This document shows, piece after piece, positions 35,565 through 47,080 of a stretch of 64,000 nt of DNA (positions are counted from its first letter, which is position 1; each line of letters starts with the position of its first letter). The translations under genes were made by a program, and so were the position numbers. The notes beneath the pieces were generated by a model. It had not been told where the DNA came from, ran no database searches, and was given only the letters and a program-made list of their open reading frames with translations. This DNA comes from Octopus sinensis. Its lineage: Eukaryota. The stretch spans positions 162,130,001 to 162,194,000 of the forward strand of contig NC_042997.1 of the NCBI RefSeq assembly GCF_006345805.1, read 5' to 3'.

Positions 35565-36002
35565 TAAAACATATATATACATATGTATTTGCATTTATCT
35601 TTACACACACGTGTGTGAGAGTGGTGGGTGTCTGTCTGTGGTCACAGCAAACTGGTGCACTTTTGATCATTTATATATATGCATATATGTGTGTGTGGGA
35701 GTGATGAAAGATATTCCAGCTGTGACCACCTTGTCCTTTGTTCAAGCATGGAACATGATGAACCTAGGAATACATTATCTAATGGCACAAACATAGCGCT
35801 GGGACAACCAAAGCCTTGCAGTGGATTTGGTAGTTGGAAATTGAAATAAGACCATCTCATAAATATCATCATCAGCATTGTTTTAATATACTGTTATGTC
35901 TTCAAGACTTTGAATATCTCATTGCCAATAATGTCATGACAATGTTGGAGTGTGCACAAGGGTGTAGAATAGTATTATCCAATAAATATTTGGATATGGT
36001 TA

Positions 36003-36396
36003 TCTCTCTCTATATATAAAGCTGAAGTTGTCTGTGTATGGCAGGTTTGGTAGCCTTCAACTAACACTATCTCTTCCGAGACCTTGCAGCGCAAGTTAAC
36101 CAAAATTGAGAGTTTGATAGAAGAAGGCTTGCTTTTCCTTCCGTAGAAGAAAAAATTCAAATTGGACCATGTTAACACCAAAAATTATTAACATCAAAAA
36201 GGTGCTTTTTTTCTATGAAAATCCCTATCTTTTACGATTTTTTGACTGCTGTGTCGCCATTTTTCGGTGTATTTCAACCAGAAAAATGTTCACTTAAAGA
36301 GAATAACAAGCTACATAATGCAAAATTTTTACTTTTCAAAAATTCTAATTCTAAAGGGTCGCAACAAACCCGAGCAATGCCGGGTGATACTGCTAA
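36003..36396 (+). mobile_element. Non-autonomous Helitron
   Basis: A|TC...TATATATAAAG 5' end, subterminal hairpin CCCGAGCAATGCCGGG, CTAA|T 3' end. Confidence 0.75.
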
Positions 36397-36753
36397 TCTA
36401 GAATAAGATTTTGCAGTATTAATATGTTCATACGGAACACAGAACATGCTTCATACTATGCCAAACGTATATCCAATATTAAACTAACACAGTAATAATC
36501 CAATACAAACAATCAATACTGTCAACTGCTGACAGGTCACACAATTTCTTTATTTTATTGAAATGCATCAGTCCACTTTTGGTCACGTGGGGATGGTCAG
36601 GATCCTTCCACAACATATACACTTTTCCATGCTTGCATGGATCAGATAGAATTTGTTGAGTCATTTTTTCTATAGCTAGGTGCTCTTCCTCTCACCTGTT
36701 TAAAAACAAAGTAAAATTTTTCTATGGTCAGTCATCTTTTCAAGGGGACACAT

Positions 36754-36784
<31 letters not shown>

Positions 36785-36935
36785 GAGTTGGCCCAGGGCT
36801 ATAATAGAAGACACTTGCTCACTCACAAGGTTTCACTTAGCATAGACCTATAGTAGAAGGCACCTGTCCAAGATACCATGAAGTGAGACTGGAGCCAAAA
36901 ACATGTGGTTGGGAACCAAACTTCTTTACCACACA

Positions 36936-36970
<35 letters not shown>

Positions 36971-36989
36971 GCTGTAATATTAACACTAA

Positions 36990-37220
36990 GAGTAGCAAGA
37001 TGGCTGAATTGTTAGCAATCCGGGTGAAATGCTTACTGGTGTTTCGTCTGTCGTCACATTCTGAGTTCAAATTCTACCAAGGTCGACTTTGCCTTTCATC
37101 CTTTCGGGGTCGATAAATAAAGTACCACTTTCGCACTGGGGTCAATGTAATCGACTTAATCCCTTTGTCTGTCCTTGTTTGTTCCCTCTATGTTTAGCCC
37201 CCTGTGGGCAATAAAGAAAT
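36990..37220 (+). mobile_element. SINE family A, well preserved
   Basis: A/B boxes and the central gtcgactttgcctttcatcctttcggggtcgataaa domain (resembles Meta-type SINE cores). Confidence 0.85.
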
Positions 37221-37223
37221 ACA

Positions 37224-37450
37224 TACAGTTCTCTTTTTAAGAGATGAGGAATTATGTACATTATTTACATTTGACAGATATTTGTCCTCATCTTGTTTGT
37301 TGTTAACACAATGTTATGGCTGATATATCTTCCAGCTTTCACCAGGTATCTTGGGGAAATTTTGAACCAGGGTTCTCATTCCTTAGGTATTTTTCTGAAA
37401 TGTGTTAACAAACAAGACGAGGAGAAATATCTGTCTAATGTAAATAAATA
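37224..37450 (-). mobile_element. Hammerhead-bearing element, decayed core, with an inverted fragment of its own 3' region
   Basis: Minus strand reads CTGGTGA-A-AGCTG..CAGCC-ATAA-CATT; 37396-37450 repeats the 3' part in + orientation. Confidence 0.8.
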
Positions 37451-37913
37451 AATAAATATTTACACTAATTATCAAGATGATCATAATTGATTAATAAATT
37501 AAATACTGTCATCTTCATTCTCTTAGATACAAGTGTGTGTGTGTGCACGCACGCGCATGTGTGCATGCTTGCGTGTGTGTGTTTATTTGGGTGAATTTCT
37601 GTGACTGCCCAACATAATACAATTAGTAGTCAAATTTCCCTCAAATCATATATAATAAATTATTGAAAGGACACATTAAACATTGCAATCATACAGTCTT
37701 CAGACAGATAAGTATTAAAAATAGTAAAACCAGAAATATCCCATCTGGAACATTTTTGGTCAGGGAAGAATTTAAAATCACCATTTGAAACACATATATA
37801 ATGTGAAATTCACTTTTGTTTTACTTTAAGGAAATATTGTATATTGTAAAATGTCAAAATAACTTTCTGTACTTTTATGATTTTGTCACTGACACTATTC
37901 CACATACATGCAT

Positions 37914-37944
<31 letters not shown>

Positions 37945-38389
37945 TGCATACATGAATACATACATACATTCTTATACTCTTAGTATTACAGGTAACATGT
38001 GACCCAGTACAACCTGTCACATGGTCGGGCCACAAGCAACTAAACTGGCAATTCTGCCAAGCCTGCTTGATTAGGAGGGCAGCTTTTGATGAAACAAAAT
38101 TTATCAAAGGGTAGATGAACTCAGTAGAGTCTACAGTCACTCAATGGCTGAGGGTGAGAGACCCCCACCAAGCTCTCATTTAGATATCTCTCAAGGAGAA
38201 GGAAATTCCGAAATAGCATCTACCTCATTGCAAAGCCAGAGACCTAGGTCTTGCTTGTTTCTGGACTACTTGGCTTTAAATTACAATATGGGTATTGCTA
38301 ACAGTCATTGTCTTTAACAACTATGAATAAGATGCGTAAGCAATGGTCATATTTGTCTATGAGTTGACAGCTGCCATGCATTTGTGTGA

Positions 38390-38420
38390 GTGTGTGTATG
38401 AATATATATATACATATAAG

Positions 38421-38461
<41 letters not shown>

Positions 38462-38518
38462 ATATATACATGTATGTATATATATATATATATATATATG
38501 TGCGTATATGTATGTATA

Positions 38519-38550
<32 letters not shown>
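38390..38550. repeat. Compound (TA)/(TG) microsatellite into which the mariner inserted
   Basis: Seen directly. Confidence 0.95.
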
Positions 38551-38551
<1 letters not shown>

Positions 38552-39829
38552 CAGGTCATCCTATAAGTTCTGTCCTTTTTTAAAATTGAATGAAATTTAA
38601 TAGTATTTTAGAATGTATAATGGAATTAAAAATTATTTTTATGCATTTGTGTACATTTAAACTAATTAAATATTATTTTACAGAATAATAGAATTAAAAT
38701 TTCTTTGATTAAAACCCTTTCTAACATGGAAGTATCCAAAGAGCATTTGAGACACATAATACTTTATGAGTACAAAAAAGGAAACTCTGTAGCCAAAGCA
38801 ACTCAAAACATGCACTCAGTTTATGAGAAAGAATGCTTGAATGAAAGAACTTGCAGAAGATGGTTTGCAAAATTCAGAAGTGGAGATTTCAACCTTGAAG
38901 ATGAAGATGAACAAGATGTCCAGTTGAGTTTGATGATAAGCTCCTTGAGGCATTACTTGAAGAAAATCCTACATTATCAGTTGAAGAATTAGCAATAAAG
39001 CTTAGTTCAAACCATACAACTGTTCATCATCATCTTCAACAACTTGGAAAGGTTCCTAAACTTGGAAAATGTGTGCCTCATGAATTGTCTGAAAGCAACC
39101 GCAAACCCCAAGTTGACATCTGCTCTTCTCTCCATTCTTGTGAACTCATTTCACCCTTTTTGGATAGACTTGTGACTGGTGACAGAAAATGGATCTTCTA
39201 TCAAAATGGTAAACGTCATAAACAGTGGCTTGGTAAAAGGGAAAAAAGCTCAACCACAATTGAGAAAGGAACTTCATGGAAAAAAGATTCTTCTCTCTAT
39301 CTGGTAGGATTGCAAAGGAGTAATTCACTTTGAATTGTTACCACCTAATGCAACAATCAATGCTCAAGTCTACTGTCAGCAATTAGAGTGTTTGAACCAA
39401 GCTTTGAAGAAAAAAAGACCTGCTTTAGTGAATCGAAAAGGAGTGATGTTTCATCAGGACAATGCGCACCCCCACACTACAAAGATCACATCACAGAAGA
39501 TAGAAGAGCTTGGTAGGGAAAAAATTCCTCATCCACCTTATTCTCCCAACCTTGCTCCTTCAGACTACCATTTGTTTCATAGTTTACAGGATCATTTGGA
39601 GGACATAAATTTCACAAGCCAGGAAGAGGTTGAAACTGACATTTCAGAGTTCTTTGCTTTGAAACCAAAAGAGTTTTACATAGATGGGATTAAAAAGCTT
39701 GTAAATAGATGGAAGGAAGTCATAGATAATCAGGAAAAGTACATTGATGATTAAATTTCAATTAAATATAACATTTGATCACTTGTTTTCTTTATTCAAC
39801 ATTCGGACAGAACTTATGAGATGACCTGA
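38551..39829 (+). mobile_element. Full-length mariner (1279 bp), transposase pseudogene 38726-39754
   Basis: 25-bp TIRs TCAGGTCATCCTATAAGTTCTGTCC with 2 mismatches, TA flanks; motifs VPHEL, TGDRKW, HQDNAHPH, YSPNLAPSDY (D,D34D type); frameshifts and a stop. Confidence 0.95.
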
Positions 39830-40241
39830 TATATATAGTCAACAGATGCGATCCAGAGATTTTCTGATGATGGAGGCTCATCTTATCCAATGTTGATAGC
39901 ATCCATTACAGCCACATATTGTGATGAATTACATCTACCAACATTATCATGGATCTCCGAGCCCCCAGAAACAACTGTTGTACTTATAACACCTTTCTTC
40001 CACTCCTTTTATTTTCTCTGTCATTTGTATTCTGTGTAAGTTGAATCTATCAATATAAATATCTATATATTTATTGATAAATACTCATTGTCTGAAAGCC
40101 TCCACCTTTTGTTTTCTCTCATTTTGCATGTTTACATATATACATATTTTGTAGTTCATGCCCAAGCTGTTACATTTAATATATTTAATTTGTTTTCCTG
40201 CATAATTGCCAATATATGTCTGTGTATGTGTGAGAGAGAGT

Positions 40242-40468
40242 ATAGAATATATAATTTTATAAGTATGTTTATAAAACCATATTGAGGGAAAAAAGTGAGT
40301 CTTTTTTCAGACCAAGTCATATGCTGAAAGAGGACATCAAATATCACAAAACTACCTCACTAGTTTTGTGCCATTTGGTGTCTTGGCATGTGGGTTGGCC
40401 TGTTGTAAGACTTGCTTTTTGCCTTTAATATGATTTCATAAGTATACTTATAAAATTATATATTCTAT
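40242..40468. mobile_element. Small fold-back/MITE-like element with 25-bp inverted ends
   Basis: ATAGAATATATAATTTTATAAGTAT at 40242 and its reverse complement ending at 40468; no clear TSD. Confidence 0.5.
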
Positions 40469-40672
40469 TAATTTTTCACCTTAATTGGTTATTACATGCT
40501 GACTACCTGATAAAATCAAATATAGATTTTATCCTTAATTTCAACGTACATATATATATATACATACATATATAACGGGAAGCTTTATGAAAATAGACAA
40601 AAGACGAAGGCAGGTGGGAAACAAACAAACAATTGTATTAGTATGGCGCTCAGGAAATATAAATAAAACAAG

Positions 40673-40710
40673 TCTTTAACGTTTCGAGCCTACGCTCTTC
40701 AACAGAAAGA
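40673..40710 (-). ncRNA. Minimal type-I hammerhead-like motif with variant core (CUGUUGA)
   Basis: Stem I UCUUU/AAAGA, core CUGUUGA plus extra A, stem II GAGC-GUAG-GCUC, GAAA, palindromic ACGU stem III, GUU triplet. Confidence 0.65.
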
Positions 40711-40881
40711 TACACAGAGAGAAAAAAAACACAGAAAGAAGGAGAGAAAAAAAATGCGTGCAGTAACTAACGAATCAACATGGCGATCTGATTTCGGCCA
40801 GAGGTCAAAGATCAAACATGAGACGCGAGAGCGAAATAAGGGGAGATAATAGGGTTGATAATAGGGTTGAATGACCAGCTA

Positions 40882-41190
40882 TTAGTGCGTATGAGAGGTC
40901 TGGACGTGTGTATGTATAGGGTTGGTGTATGTATTAGTATGTATAAGGGTGTGTGTGTGTGTGTATGAGAGAGTATTAGTGCATATGAGAGGTCTGGACG
41001 TGCGTATGTATAGGGTTGGTGTATGTATTAGTATGTATTAGTACGTATTAGTATGTATAAGTGTGTGTGTGTGTGTATGAGAGAGTATAAGTGCGTATGA
41101 GAGGTCTGGACGTGTGTATGTATAGGGTTGGTGTATGTATTAGTATGTATTAGTACGTATTAGTATGTATTAGTTGGTGTATGTATTAGT
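40882..41190. repeat. Three-unit minisatellite (~95-115 bp) with nested GTATGTATTA decamers
   Basis: gtatgagaggtctggacgtg recurs three times. Confidence 0.9.
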
Positions 41191-41292
41191 ATGGCACATC
41201 ATATATGATGTGATGTGTAAAGTCGTGTGGTGTAGTGTGGAGAGAGGAGAAGAGGGGGAGGGGGAGAAGAGGGGAAATATATATGCATATAT

Positions 41293-41325
<33 letters not shown>

Positions 41326-41419
41326 CACATGCATACACACATACATACATACATACATAGATGGAGACAAATACATAATAAATTCAAGAAAAACTTCATC
41401 ACAAAGAACAGTAGATAAC

Positions 41420-41830
41420 CCAGATTTTATCACTTCATTAAAACACACAAAAATAGCACCACGATCCAGATTAAACCCATTGTCTCCAGCGTGGGAGGAC
41501 CTCTATATAAAATATCCCAGTTACTTTCTCTCATCCTGAATCCTATACTCTCCACCTTTCCTGGACACGTCAAGTACTCTGACAAAGTCATCAAAAGACT
41601 GCACCAATTGCCCTTAGACCAACTTAGGTAAAACAGATATGCCTTTAGTCTTGACGTTGTCTCAATGTATACAACGATGCCAGCACACCCAGTGGTCAAC
41701 CTATTGACCGACTGCATAATAGCATTCGACATCCAATGCTTCAGACTTACTGCAGCTGATATGCATCAACTTTTGTTCATCATCGTGGACAATACCTACT
41801 TCTCTTTCCAGCACCATATGGGTGTTAGCT
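41420..41830 (+). pseudogene. Penelope-like element reverse transcriptase fragment
   Basis: IKPIVSSVGGPLYKISQLLSLILNP, SLDVVSMYTTMP and NTYFSFQ..MG match PLE RT motifs; internal stop and deletion. Confidence 0.8.
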
Positions 41831-42179
41831 GTGCTCTATGGAAACATGAGATTTTTAAGCATAAGTCAAGAGCAACCTGATTAACAATAAATTAGACCTA
41901 AGGGTATCATGTGTACATAGTGTTACCCCTACTTTTAGATATTTTTAAAAATAGCATTTTATAGTGTATTGTACTTGAACTGAATTAATGGAAACTTTAA
42001 AAATTTTTTACTGTTGTATCTAATTATACTTTTGCTCTAGTATTATATATATATAATTAATCAGGTGATATTCAGTTATATGAGGAATTATATTGCATAA
42101 GTTAGTGTACTACATGGAGTTAGTATACTATCCTATGAATATTCCTACCTAGTTAGTCTAACTTCATCTTAGTAATTAA

Positions 42180-42401
42180 CCCTTTTGATACCAACCCGCC
42201 TGAAACCGCCTCTGGTTCTGTAATACAAATGTCTTGTTTTCAAAAGTTCTGAATAAAAATCTTCCACCAAACCTTAGTCACAATTTATGTTCCTAACACT
42301 AGCTTAATGATGACTACATTATTTTACTAACTTCTTTGTTATATTTAAAATTATTTGAAAGAAACACAGAACATCCCAAAAGAAATATGGTAACGAAAGG
42401 G
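42180..42401. mobile_element. piggyBac-like MITE family 1 (222 bp)
   Basis: TTAA|CCCTTTTGATACC...GGTAACGAAAGGG|TTAA. Confidence 0.88.
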
Positions 42402-42409
42402 TTAAATTA

Positions 42410-43030
42410 ATTATTCCTTTCTATAGTGTTCCACCCTTCTGATCATATTATTCTTATAAAGACCTTTATGCAAGTAGTCCTCCTAATTATGTACCCCCAG
42501 GAAACTATATTATCATGTATATATTAACACTGGAAACTTTACAACTTATATTATACCTCTTAGCTTATAATTAATATATAGTTAGCATGTCCTATCACCC
42601 CAATATTCCTTTAGTAAATACCAGTGATCAGTCTTTATAGATACCACCTAATAAATAAATAATTAAATAAAATGATAGAATTATTAAACAAATTCTATAT
42701 AATCTTCTCTTTCTATTGATGAAAATATGGTATATATACCTCATCATGGGTTTAGTAATTAAACTATTTATTCCTTTCTATGGTGGTCTACCCTACTGAT
42801 CATAGTATTATTTTTATAATAGCTTTTATGTAAGTAAACCTCCTAATTTTGTACCCCTAGAAATTTATATTAGCTTGTATATAATAGCACCAGTAACTTC
42901 ACAACTTATGATATACCTCTTAGGTTATAATTAATATATAGTTAGTATGTTCTATCGCCCCAGTATTCCTTTAGTAAATGCCAGTGATCAGTCTTTATAG
43001 GTACCACCTAATAAGTAAATAATTAAGTAT
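42410..43030. repeat. Diverged direct duplication (~260-bp units, 358-bp period)
   Basis: ttattcctttcta...ccagtgatcagtctttatag...ccacctaataa at about 42410 and 42768. Confidence 0.85.
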
Positions 43031-43469
43031 ATGTTTCAAAAATTATCGTGAACTCATGCTGCGGAATAGTGGCAATGATGAAGGCAATAGGCAATGTTAT
43101 TTTACTTAAAACTGGAAACAGGATCTTGTACGCGGTTAACTGAAAGTTCTAGTTCATTTTCTTTCTTTTGCTAGCCTATTATGTGGTGTGTTTATTCTCA
43201 GAGAATTTATGGTGGTAATAGTGTCTTCTGATGTCTATTTTTCAGTACATGGTGAGGTGTAAGCCAAGCCCTTGTTATAATTATGTATATAATTATAAAA
43301 TATTTGTATAATTAAGTATATGAATATGAGGATAGCCCTGCATTTAAATTGATGTAATGATTGCATTGTTAAATTAAATTGAGCTGCTTGAAACTGTTGT
43401 ACTGCATCACCTCTGGATATCCTGTTGCTTATTTCAATTATATATATGTATGTATATATATAATAAAAT

Positions 43470-43686
43470 AAATGCGCCCTTTTAAAGCCTAGCCAGGCTC
43501 ATGGGCCTGGTTTCCCGGTTTCAATGGCGTATGTGTTCCCCATTTTTGCCAGCTGAGTGGACTGGAGCAATGTGAAATGAAGTGTTTTGCTCAAGAACAC
43601 AACGCATCACCCAGTCCAGGAATCGAAACCACAATCTTACGATCATGATACTGAAACCCTAACCACTAAGCCACGTGCCTCCACAT
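43470..43686 (-). mobile_element. tRNA-derived SINE family C
   Basis: Minus strand has A-box TGGCTTAGTGG, B-box GGTTTCGATTCC and a gtgttcttgagcaaaacact core. Confidence 0.75.
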
Positions 43687-43687
43687 G

Positions 43688-46600
43688 TCATCATCATCAT
43701 CATCATCATTTAGCGTCCGCTTTCCATGCTAGCATAGGTTGGACGGTTCAACCGGGATTTGGGAAGCCAGAAGGCTGCACCAGGCCCAGTCTGATCTACG
43801 GCTGGATGCCCTTCCTAACGCCAACCACTCCGTGAGTGTAGTGGATGCTTTTTACGTGCCACCGGCACAGGTGCCAGGCGAGGCTGGCAACGGCCACGAT
43901 CGGATGGTGCTTTTTACGTGCCACCGGCCACGTTCGGATGGTTCGCTTACATGCCACCGGCACTGGTATCACAGCTACAATTTCCATTGATGTTGATCGA
44001 TTTCGATTTTGATTCTGATTCTCACTTGCCTCAACAGGTCTTCACAAGTAGAATTTTGTGTCCCAAGAAGGAAAGGCACGCATAATTGGACTGGTTACAT
44101 CCCAGGTTGAGGCCACGGGTTATGGTCTCACTTGTCCTGCCGGGTCTTCTCACGCACAGCATACTTCCATAGGTCTCGGTCTCTAGTCATTTCCTTGGTG
44201 AGACCTAAAGTGCAAAGGTCGTGCTTCACCACCTCGTCCCAGGTTTTCCTGGGTCTACCTCTTCCACAGGTTCCCTCAACCGCTAGGGTGTGACACTTTT
44301 TCACACAACTATCTTCATCCATTCTTGTCACATGACCATACCAGCGCAAACGTCTCTCTTGCACATCACAACTGATGCTTCTTAGGTCCAACTTTTCTCT
44401 CAAGGTACTTACACTCTGTCGAGTATGAACACTGATATTACACATCCATCGGAGCATACTGGCTTCATTTCTTGCAAGCTTACGCATATCCTCAGCAGTC
44501 ACGGCCCATGTTTCACTACCATGTAGCATGGCTGTTCGTACACATGCGTCATACAGTCTGCCTTTTACTCTGAGCGAGAGGCCTTTTGTCACCAGCAGAG
44601 GTAAGAGCTCTTTGAACTTTGACCAGGCTATTCTTATTCTAGCAGTTACACTTGCAGCACACCCACCCCCGCTACTGACTTGGTCACTTAGGTAACAGAA
44701 ACTATCAACTATTTCTAGTTTTTCTCCCTGGAATGTGGTGGAAGTTGGTCTCTGTGCATTTTCAGGTTTTATTGCTCCTGAGCATCTGCCACATACAAAA
44801 ACTATCCTCCCAGGTAGCCTTCCTTTGATATTGCTGCACCTCTTATGTGTCCATAGCTTACATTTAGTGCATCTTATAGAGTTTCTACCTACACCTTTTC
44901 TACAGATCAAGCAGGGCCATCTACCTGAAGGGATTTGTGGTTTGCTTGCCTTCCTACTAATTAGGACTTTGGTTTTAGCTAGGTTGACTCTAAGGCCCTT
45001 CGATTCTAATCCTTGTTTCCATACTTGAAACTTCTCCTCTAGTTCTGATAGTGACTCAGCAATTAGAACAAGGTCGTCAGCATAGAGAAGCTCCCAGGGG
45101 CATCCTGTCTAGAATTCTACCGTTATTGCCTGGAGAACTATGATAAATAGGAGGGGCTGAGGACTGAACCTTGGTGGACCCCTAACTTTATCCTGAATTC
45201 TTCACTGTACTCGTTGCCAACCCTCACCTTACTGACAGTGTCCTTGTACATAGCTCTCACTAACCATTCATCTATCCCTAGTTTCCTCAGTGACCACCAG
45301 ATAAGGGATCGGGGGACCCTGTCGAAGGTTTTCTCCATGTCAACAAAAGCCAGGTACAGGGGCTTATCTTTGGCTAGGTATTTCTCCTGCAGCTGTCTTA
45401 CCAGGAATATAGCATCAGTAGTACTTTTCCCTGGCACGAACCCAAACTGCATCTCATCTAAACTATCTCTCTCTCTAATTAGTTGGGCTGTCAGTGTGCA
45501 CGCACGACAGAGTGTAAGCACCCTGAGAGAAATGCTGGACATAAGAAGCATCAGATGTGGTGTGCAAGAGCAACATGTACTGTGGATGGGTGAGGAGAGA
45601 TGTGTGAAGAAGTGCCGCTCCCAAACAGTTGAAGGTATTAGGGGGAGAGGTAGACCCAGGAAGACATGGGATGAGGTAGTCAAGCATGACCTCAGAGCAT
45701 TGGGCCTCACAGAGGCAATGACGAAGGACCAAGATCTCTGGAGATATGCTGTGACTGCAAAGACCCGGGCTGCTTCCTGCACCAGCTCCACATAGCCCCA
45801 GCCTGTTCAAAGTACCTTGGATTTCAGAACAACACACTGTGCTTGAGGAGACCTGTTGAATCAAGTACATGAACATCGAAATAAATATCAATGGAAATAG
45901 TAGTCGTGATACCTGTGCCGGTGGCACGTAAAAAGCACCATCCGATCGTGGCTGATGCCAGCGGCGCTTTAACTGGCTTCCGTGCCGGTGGCACGTTAAA
46001 AGCATCAACTGATCGTGACCACTGCCAGATTCCCCTGGCACCTGTGCCGGTGGCACATAAGAAGCACCCACTACACTCATGGAATGGTTGGCGTTAGGAA
46101 GGGCATCCAGCTGTAGAAACACTGCCAGATCAGACTGGAGCCTGGTGCAGCCTCCTGGCTTCCCAGACCCTGGTCGAACTGTCCAACCTGTGCTAGCACA
46201 GAAAACGGACGTTAAACGATGATGATGATGATCCTCTCCGAAACCTTCATTACCTGATCCAACAGCTTGATACCCCTGTAGTTATTTGTATCTAGGGCGT
46301 CACCTTTACCTTTGTAGCAGTTGACTATTATGCTGCCACACCAGTCATTGGGAATGACTCCTTCGTGTATCACCTGGTTAACTATACGGGTGACTAGGCT
46401 ATAGCCGACACTACCAGATATTTTGAGCATCTCTGCAGTAATTCTTCATGGGCCTGGGGCTTTCCCTGTCATCATGCTTCTAATTGCCTTAACTACCAAG
46501 GTACTGTCAACTCGGATAGCTGGTCCCTCTGTTGGGTCGACATTCGGCAGACTCTCTTTATCCCATTCATTTTCTTTATTCAGCAACCTTTCATAGTGGC

Positions 46601-47036
46601 GTCTCCAAACCTCTCTCTTTGCATCTTCATTTAGCGCAAGTGAACCATCATCCATGCGAACACATTTCTCTCCTACCACATCACAATTCTCTCTCACACA
46701 CTGTCTTGCAACACGAAATACCTCACGTATTTCATCGTCACGGTGCAGAATATTGGCAAATTCTTTCTTATCTGCTTCCCCTCTGGCTAAATACACCTGC
46801 CTCCCTTCTGGCAGTCTGATACCCTTCCCTGCTACCACCGTTCTTCCAGTCCTTCCAAGCCTGTTTCTTTTGTCTAATAGCCCTGTCAACAATATTGTTC
46901 CACCACCACGTTATTTTGGGTCTTGAGGGGACTTTGTACCAACCACAGATGTGGTCAGTGGCTCTCAGCAGTTTGTCCCTTAGAAACCTCCAGTTATTTT
47001 CTACCCCATGTGAAGCTATATCCCCTTCTATTTCGT
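43688..47036 (-). mobile_element. RTE LINE copy 3 (5'-truncated, about 2.6 kb net), interrupted by a nested RTE
   Basis: Frames from WWWN..., KAPGP, NYRGIKLL, QFGFVPG, VDMEK, YADD, PHD insert to KTRQDK-stop at 44128; (cat)n tail at 43688. Confidence 0.93.
45489..46232 (+). mobile_element. Nested RTE 3' fragment (different subfamily) inserted antiparallel into copy 3
   Basis: Splits KVSER|..AQLIRER of copy 3; has its own ORF end, 3' UTR and (GAT)n tail. Confidence 0.9.
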
Positions 47037-47080
47037 CACACACACACACATATATATCTACATCCATTCATATATATATA

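Noticed and set aside
38343-38600. Tyr/Ile/Val/Cys-rich ORFs here and at 35257-35796, 41170-41539, 54945-55196
   Set aside because: Translations of TA/TG microsatellites.
39840-40090. Protein-like minus-strand frame (KGVISTTVVSGGSEIHDNVGR...)
   Set aside because: Interrupted by stops, with no recognisable motif or consistent splice sites; cannot be supported.
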